From: Ptychomitrium polyphyllum
Taxonomy: Eukaryota
Direction of reading: 5' to 3'
Length of the DNA stretch: 64,000 nucleotides
Assembly: GCA_973851085.1 (NCBI GenBank)
Contig: OZ316776.1
Span: 7,316,001 to 7,380,000, forward strand
This document shows positions 1 to 12,300 of the stretch, in pieces (position 1 is the first letter of the stretch; each line of letters starts with the position of its first letter). The position numbers were made by a program, and so were the translations under genes. Under the pieces are notes generated by a model. That model searched no databases. It was not told where the DNA came from and saw nothing but the letters and a program-made list of their open reading frames with translations.

Positions 1-2553
1 TGCATCGGACAACCAAACGTATCTTGAGGACAAGTGTTCTGCAATGTTACAGATAGATATGCATGCAGATCGGGAGGAAATGGCACGAAAACTGCAGTCA
101 AAAGAATATGACATTTTAGAGTTGAAAAGTCAAGTTCAGTTGAAAGGACTTGAAATCGCAGACTTGGAGCGAAAGTTAAAGGTTGGTCATTTTCGCTAGA
201 TTTGTCTCAAGATACGAGCATTTTCTTGAAGATAGGAGTGCCAATGATTATATTTCTTTTGTACTATTGACGCTAATGCCAACTGACTTTGAATATCTCC
301 TTTATATCTTTTTCAAGCCTATCTAAAGAAGGACAAAACGTGTGCAACCCTATGCAGGCCAAACTGAATTTGGATGTTTCCGAAATGACACAACAGATCC
401 ATTTAATAGAATCCAAATTTGTAGAGTTGACGACACATCTACATTTGAAAGATGTCGAAATTGCAGACCTAGAGCGTACCCAGAAGGTATAGTACTTCCA
501 ATGTCACCATTCTTCCAGAAAAACTACATTTCAATCAGGTCAGGATTTGATCACAAGAATAAACATTCCGTAGGTACGAATAACATTGAATTGGGATGTC
601 ATCCATAGAAACGTGTGCAAAGAGAGGTAGGGGGAAAGATATTTGGAAGAACCGGAATTGGTCGTATATTGAAGGTTGATTAACGTATGCTATTAAGGGT
701 GGCAGGTCATTCTTATGGTCAAAAATGAAGAGTTGTCTGCGTTGCGAGAAGACCGTGTTCTTAGTGACGCACATCTTGACGAAGTTGCTGCTGCTGCACA
801 AGCAACCGAAATTGCATATTCAGAAGTAAGCTCCTGACCACTGCGAATGATCTAAGTGTTGTGCGTATTCATTTTTTCAGTCAAGCATTAGACAGGTACA
901 GGATTGTAACACTGATAATCTTCCAAGAACCTCATGGTTTATTCCTATCGTCAAATGGTTGTGCTTATAACTTCATACGCACTGGCTGGTGTCCATCCTA
1001 GCTCATCAGAACACTTGACCGAAGGTGCAAGTGTTCTTTACTCTAGTCTGAGATATCGTAGATGTTGGTTATGGAATGGTAAAGTTTCATAGTCAAAAAC
1101 AAACTATAGCTGATTTTGAATGTTTCCTGCGTGTATCAAATTGGCAATATTATGATTTCTCATGTGTTCTTTAGCAGTAATTAAGACGTTCGTTCTATTT
1201 CTTACGCAGAGGATATTAGCATTGGAGGATCTTTGCAATCGCAAAGATTACAAAATGTTTGAAATGAAACAGGAACTTCGAGCTCTCGAAACTAAAGTAA
1301 GCCCCGATTTCCTAGTTTTCATTGTTTTAGTTTCCTACGTTAGCCGAAATATCTCTGTTCGACTGTATTCAACTTGTCACAATATAAACTTGAATCCTGA
1401 GAAACTAATCAATCTTGAATGATTCTGCAGATTAATTCTTTCAAGCTAATGCAAACTCCGGCTATGCTTCGTGGCAAGCGAAGCTTCATTTCATGTGTCC
1501 CGCCTCCAATTAGCGAGCGTGAGGGGGCTTCCAGTGACTCACAGAAACAATGCGTCCTCGAGAAAACGCTCCCTCCGTCCTATTCGATTGTGAAAAGCTC
1601 TGTTCTTCAGCATTTAAAAGATCTTAAAGATGCGTCTTTCAAGGAATCAGATTCCTCTGTATACCCTCAATCACCCGCGGAGGTTTTAGACGATCGTTCG
1701 TCAGGTGATGAGTTTTATCAGGAAAAGAATCTCATGTTAGCATCGACCTCAAGTGAGAGAAACATCCAATCAGATTTTGCGGAACCCAACCAAATTGTTC
1801 GAGATGATGATACCAGGACTGGAATTTGCAACCAAGACAAGGAGAATGACACCAAGAATGGAATTTACAACTCATACGATCATAAGAATTCGCGAACTCC
1901 AACAAACGGATTACAATCCGCAAAACTAAGCACACTCAATGTGATCACGAAGCACAAAAGAGTTACTGCAGGTAACACCTTTTAAAACGCCTGACCGAGC
2001 ACGATCTTTAAAGAGTAGTCTATTATGTGGCTTTCCTAATGTTTACTAGCCGAGAGTAGCGAAGTGTGGCTCCGGTGTCGTCTAGTCATGCAATTTACAG
2101 GATATTGTTAGGAATCGGTATGGACAATTATTCATTATACAGTGTTTGCCCTATCTCGAACGATTTCAGTCACTTCACATGCCTGCCCTGCTTGTGTCAG
2201 ATCCTTGCCGAGTATCAACATCCGCAATTGGAAATGTAGCTGGTCGGGATCGGGTGCAGGCGAGTATGACTTTCACGTCTGCAGCAAATCTCAGGCCTGG
2301 ATCCAAAAACGTGTCTAAGCGCGTCGTCAATCCTGTAGTGATTAAGAAAAGGGTAACTATAAGTCCACGAAGATTAGGTCAAGCTAATGTGAAGGTGCTG
2401 GGTTCCATGCCACCCAACACTCCTGTAAGAAACAGGAAGACATCCTCGCTAGACCTGAAACATGGCTTCAATTCCCTTGTTGGCGATAGAGTATCAGTAA
2501 ATGCTAGAACTAAGGAGAACTCTGCAATCAAACAAAGACGGTGGGCAGGATAA
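1..2553 (+). CDS. 3' part of a multi-exon gene for an uncharacterised coiled-coil protein with a Ser/Pro/Lys-rich disordered C-terminus (exons approx. <=53-181, 358-486, 706-825, 1210-1296, 1431-1971, 2201-2553)
   Basis: GT-AG junctions join the pieces in frame: ...LKGLEIADLERKLK / ...LKDVEIADLERTQK / VILMVKNEELSALRE...AYSE / RILALEDLCNRKDYKMFEMKQELRALETK / INSFKLMQTP... / DPCRV...KQRRWAG*. Heptad-like N-terminal part. The 5' end lies outside the window. Function not recognised. Confidence 0.7.
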
Positions 2554-5341
2554 AATCTTAAACACATTATTGGTAGTCTTGAGCAGCCGGAACAGTTCTT
2601 GCAGAAAAGCAGGTTACAGCAGCTCGTAGTCTTTGGAGAATCATACCTTTGTACATAATTGTCATAGTTTTGACCGCATGATAAATCGCTTTCAGCTTAC
2701 TTCTTGGAAACCTCTTTAGCCAAGAGTGATGTATTAAGGTATGACTGTAAGGAGGAATACTACTCAAAAAGCACAGAAGCGTGTGAAAGAGCTTTGAAAG
2801 TGAATGCCAGAAACACAAATACAGGCATTCGGTTCTAGCCCGACTCTGATAGTAAGCGTATTTAGGCTTAAATCGCTGGTGCTATAAGACTTGAATCATC
2901 AACCAGCTGTGTTTACAAACTCTGATAGTGTTCCACTGCTATTGTTCCACTGCCGTTGTCTGTTTCACAGTTTACATGGAATCTTTGAAATTGAAGCTCC
3001 ATATAAATTCAATTATTCTGCAATACATTCAGTATAAGCAATAATATACTCTTGAAGGTGATCATCCACTTAGTACTATCATCAAAAGATTCCTCCACAT
3101 GACTAAAATCTAGTCCCCTATTAGCCGTATCATGTGGAAGCGTATGCTGGCGGCGTTGAAGATGCAGCGGTGATTGCTGTAATACCTGTTTGATGATGAA
3201 ATAGAACATTAACGTAGTGAACAGTGGTTGAAGTGAATTGGATTCACCGGAGTTCGGTCGGATGGCAGCGTTGGATGGCATGACGGCAGGACAGGAAGCG
3301 TTACGGAGCCCAGACTCAAGTGAGCGCTTCCTACCAGTCTATAGAGTCATAAATCTGTTGCAATCTAAAAGATTGGAATGCGCACTCAACCGAATTAGAA
3401 CCATGATAGATTTCTCTAAGCCATGAACAAGTACCAGAATGCCAAGGATACCAAGTAGTTTTACAAGTTACACTCCCATTTAAGCTTAGGGAATAGAGGT
3501 CACCATAATGTCTTGAGGTAAGGCCACAGAGCTAACACTAATCAGGACTACTATGCACAACTCTGCATCTTTATGATATCTAAATGTTGAGAAGTTACTT
3601 GCTTTTCTTCATAAGCAGATTGGAATGCTAGCCTTCAAGTAATCTACTCTTGATACGCACAGCATCAGAAAGCAAGCTTCCAAAGGCTAATAGCAAGCAA
3701 ACACATTACACATAATACGTAGGTAACCACAGGCAGTTAAATTCTCATCTTCGTAATACATATCATAAGCTCATTGTCCACCATAATCGACTTCAGTAAT
3801 GAGCTGCTCCTTTTCCCCAGGGCTCGGCAACATCGCCATCGTCATGTGGCCAAGCAAGGGAATTCTTGCCAGGATTGACACCAACGTCGGGATCAGCAAG
3901 GGCAGCAATAGCTTGAGAGAAAAGTTCGAAGGCTTCTCTACCACTGCAGCCTTTGGGGCAGTCATCCAAAACGATTCGCTGTAGTTTCTGCGACAATTCT
4001 TGCCGTTGTTCCATACGTTTGGCACTAGAGCTGTCGCCTGCTGCTGAGAAGAATATGTTTTCCGAGAACTGACCTTGGTGGTATCCAAAACAGGCCGACG
4101 CTAAAAATATAACCACTGGATCATATAGGGTGCCAGTATAAAGGGCCAGATTCAAAATATTGGACTCTCAAATCTAAGACAGGTTTACTACTATAGTTAA
4201 AAAAATCCTCAAAAGTCTAAAGAGTATTTGAATTTGTCACTGAAAGTTACATAGGTACAACTGGCTTGGTTTATCAGATTTCTCGAAGCTAGAGAATCCA
4301 GGTCGGTAAACGGGAAATTATTAAGGGGTTTCTGTAAATAAAGTTTCAAGAATGAAAGATTGGAGGTTGAACATGCGGGGTTGAGGCCTGATGCTAGAAT
4401 ATAGTTGAGGATAATGTGGTCCAGTGATATGTGGATGACTAGTGCACGTACGGTACTACGTTGAGCAGTAGTATGGAGGGTGCATTAGAAAAATCGTCCA
4501 ACAGATTCAACGCCTTCCCCGTTTCCCATGCGATTGCACCTCAGGCAGTTCGGTGGCTAGTTTTCACCCCACAGCCACGAGGAAAAGCAATGCAAGGAAA
4601 TTTTCAACAATTTAAAACTGTCTGTCTACGGTTCAGCATGATCGGTGCAGACATGTGCTAGATGGGTTAGAACGCTTTAAGTTCTTAGGAAAGCTTTCAT
4701 AATTGAATCTCGATTCGATTAAGCAGAGCAACGAAACCTCATCGTGCAAAGAACCAAAGACTCCAAACTTTAACCTAACTTCACGTTTGTTCAGCTCCTG
4801 TGATGTTCAACAGGATCATAAGAATGACGACTCTCTCAAGGTCTATCATCGACGACAGACTCACTCTCCAGGTCTACATTCTCGTCGCAATTTCATCATA
4901 ACAGTTGCAATCACTCAAGTGCATACGACACTGTAATGTACAAGGATACGAACACGGAAGAAGAAAAAAAATGCGGGAAAATTGTATTGAGATGATAAGT
5001 TTCTCAAATTGTACAAAGTTCGTGGAGCCATTGGTGGCCTCCATGCTACAAAAAAATTATATAATGTTTATCCATTCTAGGGCTCTACAGTCCATCTCCA
5101 TCCAATGAACAAGAAAACCATCGACATATCAAGCACACACCTTCGCATGAACCTCAAACATCAAATCTCGACAAAACAGGACCTGATAAACACCCACTCC
5201 TTCACTAAACATAATTTGACCTGCTTGCAATGTGCACTACAACCGCTGACAACGAAGGTCTTCTTCAAGACAAACCCAAGCATTGCTAAAGGGGAAAAAG
5301 AAACAGGTGCAGAAATTCCAGCGTTAAGTTACCACACTGTC

Positions 5342-6136
5342 TCAAGGAAGCTTGTTCATACCTCTCGATTTATGCCTTTTCGAAATGTTCGGCGCAATGA
5401 CGGAAACTTCAACGATGCCAACTTTACTTCGGATAACCCGCTGATAAGTCTTCAATTCTGAAACAGAGACAACTTCGGACTCAGTCGGTTGCTTTTCCTG
5501 CTTCACATCGTTTTGTACAGCCGTTGAGACACCATTCTTTCTCTTTACTGGCAGCCGTCGTGTTCTCTCCTTCGGCTCTTCTTCAGTCTCAGAGGAATCT
5601 CTCACAATTGTCTCCTGCTTCTTCTTCTTCTTCGTCGTCCTCTTCGGCTGTGTTCCCTCGCTCCCTGTTTCCTTGATCTCGGAAACAGCGCCATCGTCCT
5701 CGTTCGCGGTCAGACACAGAGGAGGCGAGAGTTCTCCCAATTCACACACTCTTGCCCACACAGCCGGCGACACAGGCATGACCGAAAGGCGTGATTGGCG
5801 CAGCAGAACCCAATCACGCATGGCTTCATCACTCTTAATAACTGACAACGGAACCGGCTTCGGCAAGGCGACAAGCGCACGCACATCCACCATGGAATGC
5901 TTGCCACTCTCGTCGGTGGTGTCCGGGTAGGCAGCTTTCACGACCTCCACCACGCCCACCACGGCGGGGCCTTTGCCAGAGTGGTAAAAGAAGGCGTGGT
6001 CCCCTTGCCGCATGCTCCTGATATTATTCTGCGCCTGCGCATTACGCACCCCGTCCCACTGCGAGTGCCCCCCGTTCCGCTCCTGATGATCCCATCCCCA
6101 CTCCCCTGGCTCCGTCTTCATCAACCAGTACCCCAT
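5342..6136 (-). CDS. EVE-domain (PUA-like; thymocyte nuclear protein 1-like) protein with a charged C-terminal tail, intronless CDS
   Basis: YWLMKTEPGEWGW...WDGVRNAQAQNNIRSMRQGDHAFFYHSG...VVGVVEVVKAAYPD...LLRQSRLSVMPV is the EVE signature. First in-frame ATG is at 6136; the frame stays open upstream to 6346 (see findings). Confidence 0.88.
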   Translation of the reverse strand: MGYWLMKTEPGEWGWDHQERNGGHSQWDGVRNAQAQNNIRSMRQGDHAFFYHSGKGPAVVGVVEVVKAAYPDTTDESGKHSMVDVRALVALPKPVPLSVIKSDEAMRDWVLLRQSRLSVMPVSPAVWARVCELGELSPPLCLTANEDDGAVSEIKETGSEGTQPKRTTKKKKKQETIVRDSSETEEEPKERTRRLPVKRKNGVSTAVQNDVKQEKQPTESEVVSVSELKTYQRVIRSKVGIVEVSVIAPNISKRHKSRGMNKLP

Positions 6137-9100
6137 GCTCCCTTGCTCCCCTCTCGCACCGCCACTCCCTGCCTTCACCACCACTGCTGCGCGCACAGAG
6201 CGCGTCCGCAAAAGCCCACCTTGCCTAAACCCTGAACCTGAACTGGGTCGAGCTGGGTGACGATTCTTCACAAAGAGAGAACCCACAATGGAGCTGGCCG
6301 ATGCAACAAAGCTGGCATTATGGGAAAAGACTAGAGTTTTAATTTTTCAGCATGTATCAGCTACAACCTTGACCTAGTTCAACATCAGACCAAACTTCGA
6401 AGGCACCAAGGCTCTTCAACTGCTCTGTACCAGAGTACGTGTGATGCGTATCACTAAATGATTGAGTTGCCAAGGAGTGCTGGAAACTGATGCAAAATAA
6501 ATCTTCTACCAACGCAAGGAATGATCTGGGCGAGAGAAGATAGAAATGATGGGGTGCATGGCTGATAAGAGCTGCCCTGTAATAGCAACCTAGGTGAGAT
6601 GCTCATGGGATCTAGAGCACAAACTGAGTGAGTGAGAAGTCTTGTTGTAGAGTGCAACGGGTTGAAAGAATATTTCTGGTCACAGCTTGGGAGTCTTTGG
6701 AGAAATATTGCAAGCAGGATTCAAGAGGAGTATGCACTTGGAACTTGTTTGATTGAGTGAGTGCTGTGCATAGGTTATCGGAGGCAAGTAAGGTCGTGCA
6801 TTTAGCCCTATGTGGAGTGAATCCGAGCGATTGGAGTGTTGGTGACAGACTTTCAAAATTGATCCTTCATAGATTCCCTGGATTTTCGCTTGTGCCATTT
6901 CGTTCAATTGCATCTCCGGTTTAGTTCAAATCTGGATGCGGCCAACAAATCCGTTAAATTACAGGGCATACGGTGTACGGCTACACTATACAAGGTAGAT
7001 AGGTTATACAGTACCCCAAACGCACTGAGAGCGCCTGATGCAAGCGCGTCTGTCGCATACGTACAGTTACGGCATCTTTAGTTGAAGTGGTTCGTTGCCT
7101 CATATGCTGGAGTTTCCGTGACTTAATTTCTCAAACCTGAGATTGTGCGGACTAGCTTGAGGAGAGTTCGTGACTTTTGACACACACATCTACATTTTTC
7201 AGATGAGTCCTTTTAAACGTGCAGATTCTGGGTACAGTAGTCTCACCAGCGGTAGATCTAGAGTTTTCTCTCGTGGATTTAGTTCGAGGAGCTCAAGAGT
7301 TACCCACAGTTCTTCTGTGACAACCTTCATCATAGTAGGCCTGTTATTTTCCAGAATTTAAGGCAGAAGTAAGTCGCAGAAGATTCCTCGTCTTCAAAAA
7401 TTTTGCCAAAACCCTAACAACTCTACCTGCACTCAGGCTAGCATAGCGAGTGAGTTCCAGCGTTACGGTAAGGACGAGAGATGGGTGGATTGGGCACGAA
7501 GAAGAGGCCGGAGAGTGGGAAAGGTGGTAGTACGGGGGACAGGTTGAAATTCCAAGCGTCACTGGACTCATGTGGCGGAGGTTAATTCCGCTGAGGAGTA
7601 ATCGGCGAAAAGGAGCAACAATTCTTCTGATTCAAAGTAGATGCTGTTTTGCCGTCCCCCGGCATAGCTCCTGGCTTCGAATTGCCCCTGTTGGAGTCAC
7701 CATTTGACCTCAATCTGGTTGAGGCAGTAGTGCAAATGTTTCTCAGCTTTCTGCCAGAGAATCGTCTCCTTAAGTCAGAAATCTTCGACTCCAAAACTGT
7801 ACTCACTAACTAAGGCGCTGGTGCATCTGGTCGACAGAACCCTAAGGCTCTCCCTGGCACCAGACGACAATAAAGACAAAGGCGTAGACGACGATGGCTC
7901 AGCTGCGACTGTGAAGAAGAGTCTTTCCACCAGAAACCCGTGCTCAGCCCACAATGAACATGAAGCAAAGCGAGCACAGTGTGCACACAGAACCAACCCC
8001 AGTTCCCCCAAATCCCTCACACGCCTTCCCAATCCCTGGCACCACATCTGCAGCGCCATCTCCATCCCATCGCTCTCGAACATCTGCGCTTCCCCGCTGA
8101 CATACGCCATCGCCATGGAACTCCCGAGCGTGCACGCCTTCAACCCCGCCTAGCGCCACTGCACCCACTAGGACTTCCCCCTCACTGCGACAAACCCCTC
8201 ATCCTCGTTGCTTGGAAAAGCGAGGTGTAGGAAACTCAGTCCGAAGTGACAGTCCACGCAAGAAAAGTGGGAGTCGATTTTCGTACAACTACGACGCAGT
8301 GGACAGGGAGGATACTTAATGCGACTCCTGGACGGATGAGATACCAGCATATGCGCAGATCCGCCCAAGCGTAGAAATCATACATTCAATACGGATATGC
8401 AGCAGTAACAAGGTGGCCGCAAGTGACTCCAGGTAACAGCCGAGCGTGTCGATGGGGTTTCAGCAAAGAATCCCCACGTAACGCCTCGTTAGCGCAGTGC
8501 ACACCTCCTCGCATGTGCAAGTCACACAAGTGTGCTCCGACTCACATTCCCTCGTGACATTGAGGGCCTGGATGTGGTGAGCTTTCGAGTTTCGAGTTTC
8601 GAGTATGATTTACGTCTACAGTACGCGGAAAGTTGACATGGACTTTGACAGGAGAAGGTTTCGCAGCTTTAGGTACAGTGCCACAAGAGGTCATGCACAC
8701 AAAACTGTGACCGTCGTCGGGATGGAAGGAGATCGTCACACACCCCGCCAGTGTGGGAAACATGCTAATTCTGCTGATGCGGCAGAGCCTGGTAACTAAT
8801 GCAACAAGAAATATTCGTGATAGCGGACAGGGCAACTACCCTTTTTCAGGCTTGGTCTGAAGAATGTTTTTGGGATTGTGCTCACCTCCTCTATGGAATT
8901 GACACATAACTTGCTCGATTTGCCACGATGTAGATTCAACCTTAATCCGCTACTATACATTACGAATCTTGAAATGAACATAGAAATCGGTGGGAGCAAG
9001 TGCATTCCGACTTGCTTCAATCATATCATTTTCATATCACCAATTTGACCCTTGTGGGTCCTTACAAATACAGAGTTCGGAATTGGAAACATTCAGCCAA

Positions 9101-9328
9101 TTCACCTCTACTTACCTTGTGGATGAAGACCGTCCACCAATAATCAAAGAGCCTTCCAGAAAAAGGACCTTCGCAAAAAACCCCACTGTTTCGCTGATGT
9201 ATACAAACCTATATTTCTCACTTTAAATATCAATGAGATAGAGAACATGTTTATAACTTCCCTTGAGGTTTAGAGAGGGAAAGCTACTGACTACAAAAAT
9301 GCGTCTGCAATTTGCAGTGTAATAATCA

Positions 9329-12300
9329 CTAATTTGAACGCTTTAAGAGTGCCAGAAGTATGAGAGCGGCTGAGTCCTTGGCCTTCTTGACGCTCGGCAT
9401 GGGCTCTCCAAAACATTCTTCAGTCCACCCATCCGTTGTGGTGAGTACTCGGACAGAGTATGTGAACCTCTTAGCGTGCGCTGGCCCGCCTTCTAGAATA
9501 GACCTGTTAAATCCCGAAGCAGAGACAATCAGAGACGAACCTTCAATGTAAGAGTCAGAATGTGGAGAAGGTTTACCTTGTTCCTAAAACAATTCTGTAG
9601 AAAGCCGTTCAATGGACGACACACAAGAGACCGTCTCAGTAGTTGAGACATTACAACCAGCTAAACAAATATCTCCAATTAGTACGTAAGAAAAATTTAA
9701 CAAGAGAATTAAATTGAGCCACATAAGCAGGTGCATGGCAGTTCTCTCGACAAACATTCTCCTAATAAGATCAATACCAAACCTTGCATTATATTTCAAA
9801 AGGATAAAACACATAAGTTGATGTCAATTAATGTGCGTGTCACTAAGTGGAAGAGTCTGTGGAGCAAACTTGGACACATGACCAACAGGAGAAAGGATAA
9901 TCAGAGATTGAAATAGAATTCAAGGTTCAAAAAGTGTAACGCAAGCTTTGCCTGTATTGTGGCATCGGCCAATGTCTCTTCAAACAAAGGTCATTAAGCG
10001 TTTGTCGAGTGAAGTTGGTATTTCCGTTCTTATTGGCTTTTCCAGAGTTGACGTCATCATTCTCTGCCTCCTTGGCAGCTTTCTCTTTAATGACCTCCTT
10101 CTCCTTCAATACAACCAACGCATTGCGAGCGGCTAATTTCTGTGCCATTTTCTTCTGAGCATTTTGCGCAGAACCAACCTGTACACCATCTATGAATACC
10201 TCCACGGTCGCTACATTCCCAGCACGCGATGCTTTGTACTCCAGTCCCTCAGCTTGTTGTTGACAACGCTCTTGCAACTCTCGAACTGGGTGCATAGGTA
10301 ACGTCTCTGGAGTTACCAATGGATGTACCAAGGGCTCAAACACCTGTGCAAAGTGTAGAGTGTTGATAACGAAATAAAGCCAAATATCACCATTTTACTC
10401 ATACAAATCACTAGTTACATATCCTACTTTTAAAGGCAAACCCCAGCATTTCAGACATGAATTTGATTATTGTTTGAAGAGCTTCTCAGAAACAGATAAC
10501 GAAAAGACATGATTCAAATGGAAAAAAACAGAAGCCAAAGTTGATACGTACCTTCCACACTTGGTCAACGTCTAGACAAGTATCTAGAAATAGGGCGCCT
10601 GCAATGGACTCGAGGATGTCACCCAGCACTTTAGGAGCCTTGAAATCTCCAAGCCCAAATGAGTTTACGCCTGGCTTATCCAGCTCGGTCTGTATATCAT
10701 TAACAAAATTGCGTATCTGTATGTACACAAAAGACATCACATTGTCACATTGACCAAAATCCCGCCCTGATACCGAAGTACAATATTCAAAGTCAGATAC
10801 AGGAGTTCACCAGCTTAATGTACAGAAAACCAAGGAAACGTACAGCCACATAAAAATTTCGATTTATCTCCCCAAACAAGTAGAAACAAGTTGCAAATCG
10901 CACGATAAGAAGTTGCCGACATATGCATAACTAATAATAGTACCCAATAAATGACAGGTAAGAGATTACAGGATAGTGATAAATACCTGCGTATCTAAAG
11001 CACTAGAACCATGGCGTAAGTGGAGGTGGAATGAATGCTTCACAGCTACACGTGCGAAGTTTTCATTATTCACTGCAGCAGCTCGCAAATCGGTCAATCG
11101 ACCTGGCGGCAAATCAGTGTACTTGAAGAATAAGTACCGTGTGATGAGATGGTCCAACACGGCATCCCCCACAAACTCCAGCCTTTGGTAGCAAGGGACT
11201 CCCGAGGACGGTCGAGACGCATGTGTGATGGCTTCAACCAAAAGACTTCGTTCCCGAAATTTGTGGCCAATGCTTGCCTCTAATGCGGTGAAGTTTATAC
11301 TTCGCATGACAGTTTCCGGAACTTGACAGCCTGATATGGCCAACCTTCCGTCTTCTTCATCAAACTCAACCGGGATACCTATCCAGTTCATCAAATGAGT
11401 TGCAGCGTCCTGTCCCCCTTCCACATAGTAGATTCCTAGAAATGCTTCGACCACGTCTGCCAAAGTTTTACTCGAAAGCACTCGGTAGGCACTCGAATCA
11501 CCTTCGATTTCACCATCTTCCATGTTCGCAAGGTCATTGCTGATCTCCTTCACAAAAATTTCACCTTCTTCACCGACAATCTCCACTACTTCTCCTGGAA
11601 CTGAAGACTTCGTCTCTTTATCTAAATCATCGCCATCTTTTGTATCCTCATCAAATACTGGAGGAACTCCGGGTGCCGCCCACCGGGATGGAGCAAAACG
11701 GTCAGCCTGAATGTAGCTCTGAAGCCCTTTGTCAAGGGCAAATTGATACAAAACGGAATTACTAACAGTCTGCTGCCTCATATGTGTGAGCTGCCCCTCG
11801 TGTTTATTCGGAAATTTCAAAAATAATCGACGACTGACAACCCATTTCAGATATGCATCGCCCAATAGCTCCGCACGCTCGTAGCTGAATGTCTCTTGGC
11901 AAGACGCAGCAGTCAATGCCTCCAGTACCTACCGCAGTTTCCTAGAGCGTTAGACGCACTGAATCCAAGGGATCATTCTCAACAAAAACCAGATAATAAA
12001 ACTAGATCGACCAAGATAATTTAGAAGCAACACCATACCATATGATTTTATCTATTCCTCATATCAGTGCATCGAAGAACTGAAAGCGTCTCAAAGACGT
12101 ACAACTCAACCGAGAAGACATCGCTCAACCTAAGTCACGAGGAGGCCCAATACCTTTGAAGCTGCAATAGGGTAATTGATTCGGTGTTTTAGCTGTATAG
12201 CAAGTAGCATGCTCTCCACTCGTCTCATGACCGATGGCAACCTTTGCGCACCTCTCACTAAAGGTCCTGGAAGAGGATGTACTAGGCAAAGTTCCGGTGG

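Noticed and set aside
3771..4155. Overlapping 105- and 120-aa minus-strand ORFs
   Set aside because: No recognisable domain, non-ATG starts and no supporting exon structure.
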